Of a stretch of DNA of 64,000 bases, positions 29,061 to 38,156 are shown one piece after another. The DNA lies in NCBI GenBank assembly GCA_965222225.1, contig CBDCTK010000002.1, forward strand, positions 3,136,001 to 3,200,000, in the 5' to 3' direction. A program made the position numbers and the translations under genes. Numbering within the stretch: position 1 is the stretch's first letter; every line of letters begins with the position of its first letter. This stretch comes from Candidatus Poribacteria bacterium (GTDB lineage Bacteria > Poribacteria > WGA-4E > JAJDTR01). The notes below the pieces were generated by a model. The model was not told where the DNA came from. It made no database searches and saw only the letters and a program-made list of their open reading frames with translations.

Positions 29061-32000
29061 TGTCAGACCCGTTTGAAACGTATGATTTGCTCTGTGACTC
29101 CTATATTCGCTACATCCAGACGATTTTGGGCTTTAACAACAATAAGCTAGAAGAGGAACGTGACAAACTACTGCGGGAAAACGGGCTGCTTTTTCAAGCT
29201 CCACGTTTTGAACCTATCATGCCTTATCCCTCTTCGGGGCAACCGCTCTCGCAGTTATGCAACCATCTAGGCCTGGTCGCTGACATAGGTGATTTTCTCG
29301 CTCAGGGTGGAGATGACGGGCTTTCACCGAAAGACCGTCCACTCTATGAACACCAAGCCTCGGCTTTTGAATCGTCAGTGATTGACGGAAAGGATGTCGT
29401 TGTTACAACAGGCACAGGTTCCGGAAAGACAGAATGCTTTTTGCTACCGATTTTCAGTTATCTCATCAAAGAATCAACAAACTGGAACAGCCGTGGTCTA
29501 CGGAATGCAAATCATCCTTGGTGGCAAAGCCTTGAACGCAGAACAAGTGAGTATGTTCCACGGCGTCAAGGAGAAAACCGGCCTGCAGCCCTTCGCGCGC
29601 TAATATTGTATCCACTCAACGCGCTTGTTGAGGACCAACTTATGCGTCTACGGCGCGCTTGCGATAGTCCTGAAGCACGCCGCTGGCTCGATCGCCATCG
29701 GGGCGAGAATCGGTTTTACTTTGGTCGTTATACCAGTTTGACGCCGGTTTCAGGTCACAAAACTAGTAGAAACCTATCGAGACTCCAACGCCAACTGGAT
29801 CGGGCACACATGCAGGCTACAAAAGTACATGATTCCGAGGAAAAGCGCTTTTTCTTCCCGTCCACTGAGGTTGACACGGCTGAGATGTGGTCGCGTTGGG
29901 ACATGCAAAAATACCCGCCTGACATCTTGATTACGAACTATTCAATGCTGAACATCATGCTCATTCGCGACTTAGAAGAGCCGATGTTTGAAAACATCAA
30001 AAAATGGCTTGAACAACAGGACAGTCTTTTCCATCTTGTTGTTGATGAACTGCACTCATACCGTGGCACTGCAGGATCAGAGGTTGCCTATCTTCTTCGC
30101 ACCCTATTTGACCGCCTCGGCCTCGATCCCGATTCACCGAAGCTTCGAATCATCGCGTCAAGTGCTTCACTTGAAGATGATGAAGGACAAGGAGAAGAAG
30201 CACGAAAGTATCTTCGTCAATTCTTTGCCCGAAGAAAAGACTTTAGAATCATCGGTTCGCCGCTCCATCCCGATCGAAGTGTCGAACTTCAGAAATGTCT
30301 TAAACACACCGCACAATTCGAGAAGTTTGAGCGAGACAAAGATTCTACTCAGTTGGATAAGATTCTGAGCGAACTTGATATAAAATCTGCTGTGGCACAA
30401 CTTTGCCATCACAATGGGAAGTTGCACGCTTCAACGCTGGAAGAAATGGCAGAAAAAGCAAACGAAGCTACCTCGACACTGGTAACTGAACCTACCGTCC
30501 GCGGTCTTATTCGCTATCTAATCGAACAAAAAGATGTGACGACAAGTCAAGCCTTATTACCACTCCGCGTACACTACTTCTTCAAGAATTTTGAGGGATT
30601 GTGGGCATGCAGCAACCCGAATTGTCAAGGTGAAGGAAACCAGGCTCTTATTGGAACAATGTTTGCAAATCGGCGTGTTTTGTGTGATGAATGCGGTTCA
30701 CGAGTGCTAGAGTTGCTAATCTGCCAAACCTGCGGAGATTTATTCCATGGCGGCTACAAACAGTCAATTTCGGAGATTTCACCTGGCTGGTACCTAAGTG
30801 GTGATTCTCAAGAATTAGAGGGATTGCCTGAAAAAGGGATTAGAAATCGAAACTACGGAACGTACGCCATTTTTTGGCGGAGCAACGGGCGAACTCCCGA
30901 TTCACTTGAGTGGACGCAAGATAAGATCAAAAGACGATGGACACCGGCACAATTCTCTCCTTCCGAGGGAACGCTTATGCCCAATTCATATGACTACAAT
31001 GGCTACTTCTACAAAATTGACCGCCCGGATGAGTCATGTTCAGAGATTCCCAAGTATTGTCCATATTGCGGCGATGCATGGGCTTTCTCAGGGGAAAGGA
31101 TCATTGTTAACGGGAAAGAGCAGGTGTATTCCCCAATTCGTCATATGGGAACAGGTTTAGAAAAAGTAATCCAGATTCTCATCCAAACCCTGCAGACTAC
31201 TGTAAAATCGCAATCCAAACGAAAGACCATTATTTTCTCCGATAGCCGACAGGATGCGGCAAAACATGCCGTTGGAATTCAGTGGTCACATTATCAGGAC
31301 ATGATTCGGCTAATTGCGGTCAAGGCTATGCGAAAACATAGCGATAATAAAGATTTGAAAACCATTCGTGATTTTCAAAGAAAAAGGCTCGATTTTCGCG
31401 TTGTTCAAAAGGCAATTCGTAACTTGCGCGAAAAATTCCCAGATAAACGACAATTTCTTGATTCTCTTGAGGATGCTTTCGCTGACGAAGAGTCTCTGAC
31501 ATCAGATCAAGAAGGTCAACTTGCAGCACTAGAAAGCAATTATCCCTTCACGGCACTTCAGAAGGCGTGTTTTGATGAGTTCATCAATTTAGGCATGAAT
31601 CCCGGGGGGCATGGAAAGAATGTCGAAAATATTGACGAAGGACGTAACTGGGAGGCCCTCTGTGATTGGGAAAGCAATCCGGTAGCGCTGCGCCCAACAA
31701 GATTGCTTGAACGCCACCATGAACGCCTAATTATGAGAATAGAGTCTGAATTTAAGAGAATAATTACCGAACGGATTCTGTTTGCACGAAAGGACATGGG
31801 GCTGGAAGGACTTGGGCTCGCTTGGTGCGAACCCAGTATTGAAACTGGCATGTGGCCAATCGAAAAGATTAATCCCGTTGAAATGATGGCAGCAGTCACG
31901 CGAATTCTCGGCGAACGAAGATACACCGAGATATACCGTCCTTATGATGAACAACCGAGCATGCCAAAGTTTCTTGAGGATTACCTCGCGGGCTCTGCAG

Positions 32001-34324
32001 ATAAAATTGGATGCTCTTTAGACGAATTAGCGGCAGTAGTTCGCGAGCAAGTTGAAGCATCCATTAGTTTCAAGGGTTTCCTTTTACGTATTGAGAATCT
32101 AAACTTTCGACGTCCTCAGGAGGGGGTAATCTACCGGTGTAACACTTGTAGACGCAAGCATTTGTATAAAGCAGGGGGAATTTGTACAAATACGAAGTGC
32201 CTTAGTGAATTGGAAGCAATTGATCGAACCGAGGACACGATGGAAAAGTATGGGGGATACTACGCCTATCAGGCGGATCCCGACAGGCTGGGGATTCAAC
32301 CTTATCGTTTCCACTGCGAAGAATTATCAGCACAGACCGATTCAGAGGAACGCCCAAACCGTCAACGGTGGTTCCAAGACGTAATCCTAAAAGGTGAAAT
32401 TCGCCACACAGATGAAATAGATCTCCTCAGTGTGACGACAACGATGGAAGCAGGGGTTGATATCGGAGGCCTATCAATGGTATTGATGGGAAATGTACCC
32501 CCACAGCGTTTTAACTATCAACAGCGCGTTGGACGGGCGGGACGACGCGGCGATTCAATTGCCTATGCTCTGACGCTGTGTCGCTTGCGTACCCATGATG
32601 ACCATTATTTTACTCACACTGATGAAATAACAAATGCGTCAACCCTCTTGCCATATTTGGATCTACGTAGCTTAGATATTCTCAAGCGTGTTTTGTCGAA
32701 GGAGATTCTGTACAATGCTTTCCGGCAAACATCAGGTTTGGCAATCTACGACGAAAGGAATGTGCACGGTGAATTTGGCAAGGTTTCCGATTGGGCAGTG
32801 AATCGAGACACGTTCGTACGATGGATAGCAAATAACAGAGAAAAAATTGAACAGATTGTACAATTACTTGTAACGGAAACTGAATTGGGGGCCAAAAAAG
32901 AAGAACTGTCAGAGTGGGGATTGAACAAGCTTATACATGAGATTAACGGCCGTGTTGAAGTCCATCCTTTTGAGGAAGACGATCTGAGCCAGTCGCTTGC
33001 GGAATCCGGTATTTTGCCAATGTTTGGCTTTCCAACGGGCGTTCGTCTTTTGTACCATGATTGGCCAAAGCGATCCAATTGGCCTCCTACATCAGGTGTC
33101 GTCGATCGGGACATTGAGATAGCCATCAGCGAATTCGCCCCTGGATCAGAGACCGTCAAGGATAAAAAAATTCACACGTCAATCGGCATTGTATCTTTTA
33201 GGCCAGAAGGGGATCGCATAGTAACTGAACGTGGCATTGCTCATGAGAAATCAATCGGATTCTGCCCCGATTGTAAGGCAATTTTCTTCGGTGATTCTGC
33301 GAACGAAATCGACTGCCGAATCTGTGGCTCTGAGACATTTAAGCAAATTCAAGCGATAGAACCAAAAGGTTTTTTGACGAATTTCAAACCGGACGACGCG
33401 CATGAGTCTTTCAACTGGACTCCGCGATCTACCTATTCCCGCCTCCCTTCTGACGTGTCCGCAGTCCTGCAGAAAGATTTTAATTTCCGGTGGGGGACGG
33501 AAAGCAAACTAAAGCTAGTCTCGGTCAACACTAATGGCGATCGCTTGTTTGTACTCCAGAAACAGCGTGGAAGTGAAGCACTCGTATCGGCTGAAGTCTG
33601 TCGTGGCTTAGCTGCCAAGAATGACGCATACGCGCTTAACGAGGAAACTGACTTGATTGGGGATGAGTGTAGCGTGGCACTTTTCGCCGCCAAAACAACT
33701 GATGTATTGTTAATTGAGGTTGATGAAATTCCAGTTGGTCTGATGTCCAATCAGAGAAACGAATACTGGCGAGCTGCGCTTTATTCGTTTGGTTTTCTGT
33801 TCCGCCAGTTTGTGGCGAGTCGACTCGACATCTCTCCAAATGAGTTGCGCGTTGAAATCCGTCCCGTGGAGGAGGGTGAAAATCACAAACAACAGGTATT
33901 TCTCGCGGACTCGTTGGCAAACGGTGCGGGATACTGCCGCCATTTAGGCGAGCGCGATGGCCAAGGGAGACCGTTCCGGTTGATTCGACTCCTAAACGAT
34001 ATGAATGATCCCGCGCAGGATTTTGCAAAAGGATTGATTGCACATGCAAACGATTGTGACTCGTCTTGTTATACCAAGGGATGTATGCGTGACTACTCCA
34101 ATATGCCCTATCATCCGTTTCTTGATTGGCGGTTAGGCCTGGATGTGGCACGACTCTGTCTCGAAAAAGGCTATCAGATGAATCTTCAAGGGAACTATTG
34201 GGCATCGTTGGTCAATCGGGTCGAGAAAAACCTCATGGAGCTCTTTCCAGATCTTGAGCGCCATGATCGCGACGGCGCACCCGTCTTCAAGGCTCAAATA
34301 CAGAATACATCATCCGTTAGCTGA
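29060..34324 (+). CDS. druE: Large SF2 DEAD/DEAH helicase with zinc-binding inserts and C-terminal DUF1998 (Druantia DruE-like)
   Basis: TGTGSGKT, YPLNALVEDQ, PDILITNYSML, DELH, SAS, FSDSRQDAA, TTTMEAGVDIG, QRVGRAGR and DSLANGAGY...CDSSCYTKGC. ATG 29060 follows GGAGG. The true end is probably TAA 34424 via a frameshift near 34290. Confidence 0.85.
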   Translation: MSDPFETYDLLCDSYIRYIQTILGFNNNKLEEERDKLLRENGLLFQAPRFEPIMPYPSSGQPLSQLCNHLGLVADIGDFLAQGGDDGLSPKDRPLYEHQASAFESSVIDGKDVVVTTGTGSGKTECFLLPIFSYLIKESTNWNSRGLRNANHPWWQSLERRTSEYVPRRQGENRPAALRALILYPLNALVEDQLMRLRRACDSPEARRWLDRHRGENRFYFGRYTSLTPVSGHKTSRNLSRLQRQLDRAHMQATKVHDSEEKRFFFPSTEVDTAEMWSRWDMQKYPPDILITNYSMLNIMLIRDLEEPMFENIKKWLEQQDSLFHLVVDELHSYRGTAGSEVAYLLRTLFDRLGLDPDSPKLRIIASSASLEDDEGQGEEARKYLRQFFARRKDFRIIGSPLHPDRSVELQKCLKHTAQFEKFERDKDSTQLDKILSELDIKSAVAQLCHHNGKLHASTLEEMAEKANEATSTLVTEPTVRGLIRYLIEQKDVTTSQALLPLRVHYFFKNFEGLWACSNPNCQGEGNQALIGTMFANRRVLCDECGSRVLELLICQTCGDLFHGGYKQSISEISPGWYLSGDSQELEGLPEKGIRNRNYGTYAIFWRSNGRTPDSLEWTQDKIKRRWTPAQFSPSEGTLMPNSYDYNGYFYKIDRPDESCSEIPKYCPYCGDAWAFSGERIIVNGKEQVYSPIRHMGTGLEKVIQILIQTLQTTVKSQSKRKTIIFSDSRQDAAKHAVGIQWSHYQDMIRLIAVKAMRKHSDNKDLKTIRDFQRKRLDFRVVQKAIRNLREKFPDKRQFLDSLEDAFADEESLTSDQEGQLAALESNYPFTALQKACFDEFINLGMNPGGHGKNVENIDEGRNWEALCDWESNPVALRPTRLLERHHERLIMRIESEFKRIITERILFARKDMGLEGLGLAWCEPSIETGMWPIEKINPVEMMAAVTRILGERRYTEIYRPYDEQPSMPKFLEDYLAGSADKIGCSLDELAAVVREQVEASISFKGFLLRIENLNFRRPQEGVIYRCNTCRRKHLYKAGGICTNTKCLSELEAIDRTEDTMEKYGGYYAYQADPDRLGIQPYRFHCEELSAQTDSEERPNRQRWFQDVILKGEIRHTDEIDLLSVTTTMEAGVDIGGLSMVLMGNVPPQRFNYQQRVGRAGRRGDSIAYALTLCRLRTHDDHYFTHTDEITNASTLLPYLDLRSLDILKRVLSKEILYNAFRQTSGLAIYDERNVHGEFGKVSDWAVNRDTFVRWIANNREKIEQIVQLLVTETELGAKKEELSEWGLNKLIHEINGRVEVHPFEEDDLSQSLAESGILPMFGFPTGVRLLYHDWPKRSNWPPTSGVVDRDIEIAISEFAPGSETVKDKKIHTSIGIVSFRPEGDRIVTERGIAHEKSIGFCPDCKAIFFGDSANEIDCRICGSETFKQIQAIEPKGFLTNFKPDDAHESFNWTPRSTYSRLPSDVSAVLQKDFNFRWGTESKLKLVSVNTNGDRLFVLQKQRGSEALVSAEVCRGLAAKNDAYALNEETDLIGDECSVALFAAKTTDVLLIEVDEIPVGLMSNQRNEYWRAALYSFGFLFRQFVASRLDISPNELRVEIRPVEEGENHKQQVFLADSLANGAGYCRHLGERDGQGRPFRLIRLLNDMNDPAQDFAKGLIAHANDCDSSCYTKGCMRDYSNMPYHPFLDWRLGLDVARLCLEKGYQMNLQGNYWASLVNRVEKNLMELFPDLERHDRDGAPVFKAQIQNTSSVS

Positions 34325-34475
34325 CTTCAATGGGCCCGAATTCATCAACATTTTTGATATTATCCGACGAGTGAGTCGCGTTATGAATCAAGTCGGACCA
34401 ACTCTAAATAGAAACGCTGTCTAACCTTTCGAGTCGTGCTATGGAGTGTAATCAAGGGAACCTGGACAAACCGCC

Positions 34476-35159
34476 TTAATTCGCCAAGAGTTGATTCAAA
34501 TCCTGAATTCGTCTCAGTTGAAAATTCGCGGCTGACAACTCTGAGCACCGCCTAGGTTGATCGCCGACCAGCCACGCCGTCCACATGCCTACGCATTTTG
34601 CGCCCACCATATCGTCCAAATAGGTGTCGCCGACATAGATTGCCTCGTTTGCCGATATGTCTAACTGTGACAACGCTGCCCGAAAAATGCCGCTATCAGG
34701 TTTTTTGATACCGATGATCGTGGAATCAACGATGACTTCAAGTAGAGGCGAGAGGTCATAGTCATCACACCAGCCCTTTGTATTCCCGAAGTTGTTGCTG
34801 ATGACACCCAGCCTGTAATCCGCCCGAAGCGTTGCGAGCCATTGACGATTCCGATGTAACGACATCTCCGCATCGTGGCAAAAATTGTGAAGAAATAAAT
34901 CCCTTATATTTGGATCTAGCTCTAGCCCTTCGTAAATTCCCGTGAAAATGGCATCTGCGGTTTGCCTGAGGTTGTATTTCCGACCATCGTCACTCGCGAT
35001 GAACTGTGCTACGGAAGCACGGTCCGCCCGATCAAATTCCTCACGACTCACGTGTGGAAACCTACCGTGAATGAATCGGTAGGCGCGTTCTCGCCAATGC
35101 AGCCCATTCCCGTCGAGCGTTCCGCCAAAGTCAAATAGAATGGCTTGGATTCTTGTCAT
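34476..35159 (-). CDS. HAD-superfamily hydrolase
   Basis: FDFGGTLD, ISN, KPD and YVGD...DMVGA. Confidence 0.9.
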   Translation of the reverse strand: MTRIQAILFDFGGTLDGNGLHWRERAYRFIHGRFPHVSREEFDRADRASVAQFIASDDGRKYNLRQTADAIFTGIYEGLELDPNIRDLFLHNFCHDAEMSLHRNRQWLATLRADYRLGVISNNFGNTKGWCDDYDLSPLLEVIVDSTIIGIKKPDSGIFRAALSQLDISANEAIYVGDTYLDDMVGAKCVGMWTAWLVGDQPRRCSELSAANFQLRRIQDLNQLLAN

Positions 35160-36205
35160 GGATAATCTGGCAGATTGAAGTGCGTGGTAATCCGCTCAAT
35201 TACGTCCGTAGCTTGAATTTCCGTCATGCACAGATTGGGAGCATCCTTCCGCATGCACTTGCGCTTGTAGCAAGGGCGGCATGATACATCTTTCTCAATC
35301 ACGTGATGCCCTTCGCCGTATGGTTGGTGTCGTGTCGGGTTGGTCGGACCGAATAGAGCAATTGTCGGTGTGCCAACAGCCGCGGCAATGTGCATAGGAC
35401 CACTGTCACACGTCAGATAGAAATTGCACCGTTCAATAAGGGCTCCGAGTTGCAAGACAGTTGTTTTTCCAATAAGGTTTATTACCTTTGCCTTGACCAG
35501 TTTCTGCAACGCCTTCCCCAGTCCCACTTCTGAACTTGAACCCGTCAGAACGACAGCGCCCTCAAATCGATTTTGTATTCCTGCAATCACATCCGCAAAT
35601 CTGTTCAACGACCAAGACTTCGTCCCCCATGTTGTACCAAGGTTAATACCAACAATGCGGTCTTCAGGATTGACATTGCAGCCACTCAGTAGTTGATGGA
35701 CAACGCGACGATCGGCGTCCCTGTGCCAGAACTCCAGATTGAAGGCTGATTCATCTATACCCATAAGTTGGAGCACTCGCAGATAACGATTTACTTCGTG
35801 AAGATGTGTGTCATCCGCGCAGGATTGCGACAACAGAATGCCTCTGCCGCTTACGTTAGAACCGATTCGCGAAGGCACACCTGCGAGGAAGGGAATCAAT
35901 GCATTGCGAAAAGAAGTCGGATGCAAGACGACTGCGAGATCAAACCGCCCCCGCCGGATGCGACGTACGAGTCGGCAGAACGATTGTACAGCACTGACTC
36001 CCTGTCCCTTTTTGTCGACAATTACCTCGTCAACGTGCGGACACGTGTTCATGAGATTTGCGACAAGCGGCCGAATCAGTAGTGCAAGATACGATTGTGG
36101 ATAGACGCGCTTCAACGCTCTCAGAGCAGGGGTGAGAAGAATCATGTCACCAATCCAGCCGCCAGTCTGTGTGACAAGGATCCTATCTGTGGGATTTACA
36201 TTCAT
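35156..36205 (-). CDS. waaF: GT9 lipopolysaccharide heptosyltransferase II-like
   Basis: WIGDMILLTPALRALK, DSGPMHIAAAVGTPTIALFGPT and CRPC...C...CM; ATGA overlap with the HAD gene. Confidence 0.85.
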   Translation of the reverse strand: MNVNPTDRILVTQTGGWIGDMILLTPALRALKRVYPQSYLALLIRPLVANLMNTCPHVDEVIVDKKGQGVSAVQSFCRLVRRIRRGRFDLAVVLHPTSFRNALIPFLAGVPSRIGSNVSGRGILLSQSCADDTHLHEVNRYLRVLQLMGIDESAFNLEFWHRDADRRVVHQLLSGCNVNPEDRIVGINLGTTWGTKSWSLNRFADVIAGIQNRFEGAVVLTGSSSEVGLGKALQKLVKAKVINLIGKTTVLQLGALIERCNFYLTCDSGPMHIAAAVGTPTIALFGPTNPTRHQPYGEGHHVIEKDVSCRPCYKRKCMRKDAPNLCMTEIQATDVIERITTHFNLPDYP

Positions 36206-36285
36206 TGAATTCTCGAAGAGTGACTCGGAATTAAAGACGTGATCCGCGCCCTTTTACGGCGTATACTGACCTATATGTATCGAAT

Positions 36286-36314
36286 AGCTTAATAAGATTG
36301 ACCGGGGCAGTCAA
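36286..36314 (-). promoter_or_regulatory. Promoter for the GT9-HAD operon, overlapped by a TTGAC-N7-GTCAA palindrome
   Basis: TTGACT-17 nt-TAAGCT on the minus strand; inverted repeat at 36298-36314. Confidence 0.45.
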
Positions 36315-36554
36315 CGTAAATCACCCTAATGGATTTCTGACAATCGCGGCAAGGTATATGCCCGGAAAGACACCAATGATTGGTATATAAATCAAAAACC
36401 CGGTCTATTGCGGCATTCCTAAGGGATTCTCTCGTCTGACTTGGGTGCATTTCGACAGTTTAATTTCTCATTGCCATTTTTTTGTGGTATAATTGACTTG
36501 TCCTTGGGAATTCTCGTTAATTCAAGATCCAAGCCTAAGGCGGAGAACCCCCAA

Positions 36555-37184
36555 ATGCAAGAAACCCGCAGTCAGATTCTGAAGTTGATTAAACTACAGT
36601 ACAGTATGACCGTTAACGAATTGGCGGATGCCCTCAGTATCAGTTCAATGGGGGTGAGGCAACATCTCGCGATACTGGAAAAAGACGGTTTGGTTGAGTT
36701 CCAAAGGCAGAAACCGAAACGGGGCCGCCCAATTCATCTCTATCAACTAACGGAGAAAGGGGACAGTCTCTTTCCATTAAGTTATGAGAGTTTCGCCCTC
36801 AATCTGTTGCAAGAGATGGGAAGGCTTGATGGATGCGGACTTATCAATAAAGTATTACGGGGCAGAGTAGAATCACACATGGAGTCTTATGCACGACGCC
36901 TTGAAGGCAAGAGTCTGGCTGAGAAAGTGAAGATTCTCGCCGAGATCCGGGACGAAGAAGGCTACATGGCAGAGTTTACCGAAGATGACGAAGATTACCT
37001 GCTAGTCGAGCATAACTGTCCAATTGTAAGTATCGCTGAAGAGTATCCTCATGTGTGCGAAACCGAGTTAGCATTGTTTCGCCGATCGCTGGGCCAAAAG
37101 ATTCATCGCGAAGAACATCTCATGAATGGCAGCCACAGATGCAGTTACCGGATACCCAAGGGACAAAAAGCAGACAAGGGATGA
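36555..37184 (+). CDS. SufR-like HTH transcriptional regulator with C-terminal Fe-S-binding cysteines
   Basis: HTH ELADALSISSMGVRQHL..LE.DGLV, GRP...Y.LT, EEGYMAE and EHNCPI...CETEL...C.Y; ATG 36555 after GGAG. Confidence 0.85.
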   Translation: MQETRSQILKLIKLQYSMTVNELADALSISSMGVRQHLAILEKDGLVEFQRQKPKRGRPIHLYQLTEKGDSLFPLSYESFALNLLQEMGRLDGCGLINKVLRGRVESHMESYARRLEGKSLAEKVKILAEIRDEEGYMAEFTEDDEDYLLVEHNCPIVSIAEEYPHVCETELALFRRSLGQKIHREEHLMNGSHRCSYRIPKGQKADKG

Positions 37185-37205
37185 GTCGAAGCAAGGACAT
37201 CGGGA

Positions 37206-37874
37206 ATGACGAAATCCGACGATTCAACCTTGTCTGAAAGGCGTGTCTTTTTCAAGCAAGCTGTCAGTAAATTCATGCAGCATGTGGCAGGATACTTGGA
37301 CGAGGGAATCGGCGACTATCTTCCCACCACTTCGGATTCGTCTCCCAATCAGTCCCTTGACCTACCAATCTTGCGTCCCCCGGGCGCGCTTTCCGAAACG
37401 ACGTTCCTAGAGACTTGCCAGCGTTGTGGAAATTGTGTTGAGAGTTGTCCCGCCGAGGCTATTCAGGTTTACCAAAGTAACAATTCACACCTTGCCGGAA
37501 CCCCCCACATTGATCCGAATTCCCAGCCGTGTGTTGTCTGCACCTCACTCGCATGTATGCAAGTGTGCCCTAGTGGTGCGCTTCAATCACTCTCGGTAGA
37601 TCAGATTCAGATTGGCTTGGCGGAAGTAAACCAAGACACCTGTCTGCGCACACAAGGGATTGAATGTACCTATTGCGTAGATAGTTGTCCAATCGGGGAA
37701 ACAGCCATTCGGCTTGATGCCCGAAAGCGAATCCAGGTGATACCAATGGGTTGCGTCGGGTGTGGCGTATGTCAGTATGAGTGCCCAACCGCGCCCGAGT
37801 CGGTTGTCGTCAAACTGCTTGCGAAATCGACATCATCGAACCAAGCACACGGGGAAAAGCACTTAACTAGCTGA
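37206..37874 (+). CDS. NapG/MauM-type multi-[4Fe-4S] ferredoxin
   Basis: ERRVFFK, LRPPGA, CQRCGNCVESCP, CVVC...CMQVCPSGAL, CTYCVDSCP and CVGCGVCQYECP. Confidence 0.88.
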   Translation: MTKSDDSTLSERRVFFKQAVSKFMQHVAGYLDEGIGDYLPTTSDSSPNQSLDLPILRPPGALSETTFLETCQRCGNCVESCPAEAIQVYQSNNSHLAGTPHIDPNSQPCVVCTSLACMQVCPSGALQSLSVDQIQIGLAEVNQDTCLRTQGIECTYCVDSCPIGETAIRLDARKRIQVIPMGCVGCGVCQYECPTAPESVVVKLLAKSTSSNQAHGEKHLTS

Positions 37875-38012
37875 AAGTTAAACAACCAAAGCTACTCGGC
37901 GCTACAAACAAATATGTGAATGCCGCCTAGCGTGCGAACATCCTGATTGCTTCTCAATTAACTCTCTCCGGCAAACCAGACGCGGTTCCTCAGAGTCCGT
38001 ACCGATTTGATG

Positions 38013-38042
38013 TTGACATCCGATTTGCCCAATTGTTATTAT
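38013..38042 (+). promoter_or_regulatory. Sigma70-type promoter for the SpoIVB-like/propeller operon
   Basis: TTGACA-18 nt-TATTAT with extended -10 TG. Confidence 0.55.
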
Positions 38043-38156
38043 TAGTTGGGTTTGTGCTTTCGAATAGCCGAGTTCAGAGGTTTTCAAAAGCATCTCAACT
38101 GTAAATGATGGCGAATTTCAACCACAATGACCGACAATTATAAGTAAGGCGGACAA

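Noticed and set aside
29060-34324. DISARM (DrmA/DrmB) or Dpd assignment for the helicase
   Set aside because: Helicase and DUF1998 are fused in one protein, and there is no methylase, PLD, SNF2 or dpd gene nearby.
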